A model generated the notes under the pieces. It did not search any database, was not told where the DNA came from, and saw only the letters and a program-made list of their open reading frames with translations. From a virus (lineage: Duplodnaviria > Caudoviricetes), in the IMG/VR virus record IMGVR_UViG_3300020411_000002: a DNA stretch of 64,000 bases. One strand, written 5' to 3'. A program made the position numbers and the translations under genes. Below, piece by piece: positions 62,609 to 64,000 of the stretch (positions are counted from its first letter, which is position 1; every line of letters starts with the position of its first letter).

Positions 62609-63554
62609 TTTTATTAACCAGTGAATTGCCCAGAGCGCCTCTTTGTGCTTGACGTTTCTTTTCAGCTTCTTCTTGCTTCTGCTTATCTTTGACTAATCGA
62701 CTATGCCAATAGAACAGCTTCATGCTAGGAGTGTCTTCATCGAGTACAGCGCCGGGAAAGTTACCAAACAAATTGTACTGCAAGTCCATAACTTTGTCGC
62801 CGGGAAGACTAGGTAGAATACTAAACAAGTCCGGGTCTTTAACGATATCGTACTCATGATCGCATGTTCCACATTTAAGCTTGTAGTTTATGCGAGTACC
62901 ATAAGGCAATGCTTTGAACTTATCAATGTTGGCACACGTTTCAAATATGTCGCCGTCCATTAATTCAAAGATTTCTAATGCATCATTTAAAGGACTGTCT
63001 ATCCACATCAAGTAAGGAACAAGATGTTCTAAACTCTCGTCTTCTAATAATTCTTCGGCATCTAATAGGTCTTGAACAATAGGGAATTTGTAGCCTTTGG
63101 GAAGTTTGAAGTTTGTGGGAATGACTTCAACAGAAGAACGTACCATATAGACTATCTCGGTATTCAAACGTGAACACGTTGACCGTTCATAGCCCATACG
63201 GTGTAGTGAAGCAGAATTAAGTGTGTCGAGTTTTCCAGACTTGTCTATTCGTTTAGGGAAACCCTCTACGTGAACAACTGGATTGACACACCGCCATTCT
63301 ACGGTGATAGAATTGTCAGGAAAGCTTTTCTGCTTCAACCAGAATAACAGATATTTAAAGTCAATGACTCTTAGTGTTTTAACATCAACGCTTATGTGCG
63401 TTTGAATCAAATCAACTAGAGTATGTATACTGCGGTGTCTGACGGCATTATCCAGAACACCTAAGTCTCCAATCGTAAGAGGTCTAAGCTTGATAGACTT
63501 GAAAGGATAAACAGAATAGTCGGAAATAATGCCACCAACGTCTAACCAACTCAT
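62598..63554 (-). CDS. Baseplate hub assembly chaperone, gp26/gp51-like
   Basis: IKLRPLTIGD, DFKYLLFWL...F and CGTC zinc-knuckle motif. Confidence 0.65.
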   Translation of the reverse strand: MSWLDVGGIISDYSVYPFKSIKLRPLTIGDLGVLDNAVRHRSIHTLVDLIQTHISVDVKTLRVIDFKYLLFWLKQKSFPDNSITVEWRCVNPVVHVEGFPKRIDKSGKLDTLNSASLHRMGYERSTCSRLNTEIVYMVRSSVEVIPTNFKLPKGYKFPIVQDLLDAEELLEDESLEHLVPYLMWIDSPLNDALEIFELMDGDIFETCANIDKFKALPYGTRINYKLKCGTCDHEYDIVKDPDLFSILPSLPGDKVMDLQYNLFGNFPGAVLDEDTPSMKLFYWHSRLVKDKQKQEEAEKKRQAQRGALGNSLVNKNGR

Positions 63555-64000
63555 GCAGTTCTAAAGAAGCTTTTAGCGGATAACTGAATGCGCTGTCTAA
63601 CTTTAGTCTTACATTTAGTACACTCGCCTACTATTGTATCACTAGGTCCGTGGGCTAGTTGTTCATTGAGTACAGCAGCTTTGTCGAATAGAACAATGTC
63701 CTGACTTCCTTGCTCTTTCAACCATTCAAGCTTTTGCATTAACGTGTTGCCCGGCTTAATCCATTGTAGCGCTGGAAGTAACTGGGTCATTGTACCGTCT
63801 TTACTTAGTCTATCGTATTCTGCAAGTAGACTAGCATTAGGCAGTGTGAATTCTTCTTCCAAGTCTTCTAGTTTGAAGCCCTCTGGAAGCCTAGCAATAT
63901 CGAATGCTTCAAAAGGAAACACTTGATAGTTAGAAGTGTTGCAAACGTGAGGAACTAACTTACCATCACGATTGTTTGGGTCTTCTGCGGCGCTACGTGC
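63551..64000 (-). CDS. 3' part of a second hub-chaperone paralogue (continues past the right edge)
   Basis: The frame of 63551..63922 stays open to base 64000 (ARSAAEDPNNRDGKLVPHVCNTSNYQVFPF...). LPEGF..., LQWI and CTKC parallel 62598..63554. Confidence 0.65.
   Translation of the reverse strand, partial: ARSAAEDPNNRDGKLVPHVCNTSNYQVFPFEAFDIARLPEGFKLEDLEEEFTLPNASLLAEYDRLSKDGTMTQLLPALQWIKPGNTLMQKLEWLKEQGSQDIVLFDKAAVLNEQLAHGPSDTIVGECTKCKTKVRQRIQLSAKSFFRTA

Noticed and set aside
63551-63922. The ORF-track GTG start at 63922
   Set aside because: The frame is open to the window edge, so the start is internal.
1-64000. Stop-codon reassignment (TAG read-through), prompted by in-frame TAGs at 33499, 20835 and in 29808-30147
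   Set aside because: ORFs up to 1600 aa are uninterrupted under the standard code, genes pack tightly, and TAG ends genes at natural positions (e.g. 35419..35763, and 30986..31270 before a terminator).
1-64000. tRNA, rRNA, CRISPR arrays and IS elements
   Set aside because: Intergenic gaps are short, and no cloverleaf, repeat-spacer periodicity or transposase was recognised by eye. tRNAscan-SE and a CRISPR finder would be decisive.

Overview
A 64-kb segment of a large, AT-rich contractile-tailed (T4-superfamily-like, probably jumbo) bacteriophage. SspB and ACP homologues suggest a gammaproteobacterial host. No rRNA, tRNA, CRISPR array, integrase or transposase was recognised, and the standard genetic code fits. 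Layout: (i) 1-19174 (minus): fibre/adhesin and baseplate-wedge genes (Calx-beta/vWA protein, a 1367-aa Calx-beta adhesin, three paralogous collagen chains, fibre anchor, Ig-rich wedge protein, gp6-, gp25- and PAAR-like genes); (ii) 19263-31270 (plus): non-structural and host-takeover genes (hypotheticals, an ACP homologue with Ser->Asp at the phosphopantetheine site, dCMP deaminase, SspB, thymidylate synthase, DHH phosphoesterase); (iii) 31396-37761 (minus): dTMP kinase, MmcB-like nuclease, Acb1-like 2H phosphodiesterase and small proteins; (iv) 37810-54786 (minus): a 16-gene array containing 14 paralogues of one scaffold, 9 with an inserted discoidin-like module; (v) 54926-64000 (minus): tail hub genes (gp5-like spike, gp27-, gp53-, gp48/54-like, tape measure, two gp26/gp51-like chaperones). 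The leading candidate for an undescribed system is the fibre operon. Two fibre proteins end in poly-Gly-Cys Hint autoprocessing domains, a stand-alone catalytically degenerate Hint gene sits beside them, and three collagen chains are in exact register with cysteines every 10 triplets. All family assignments come from motif recognition by eye; no database search was run.
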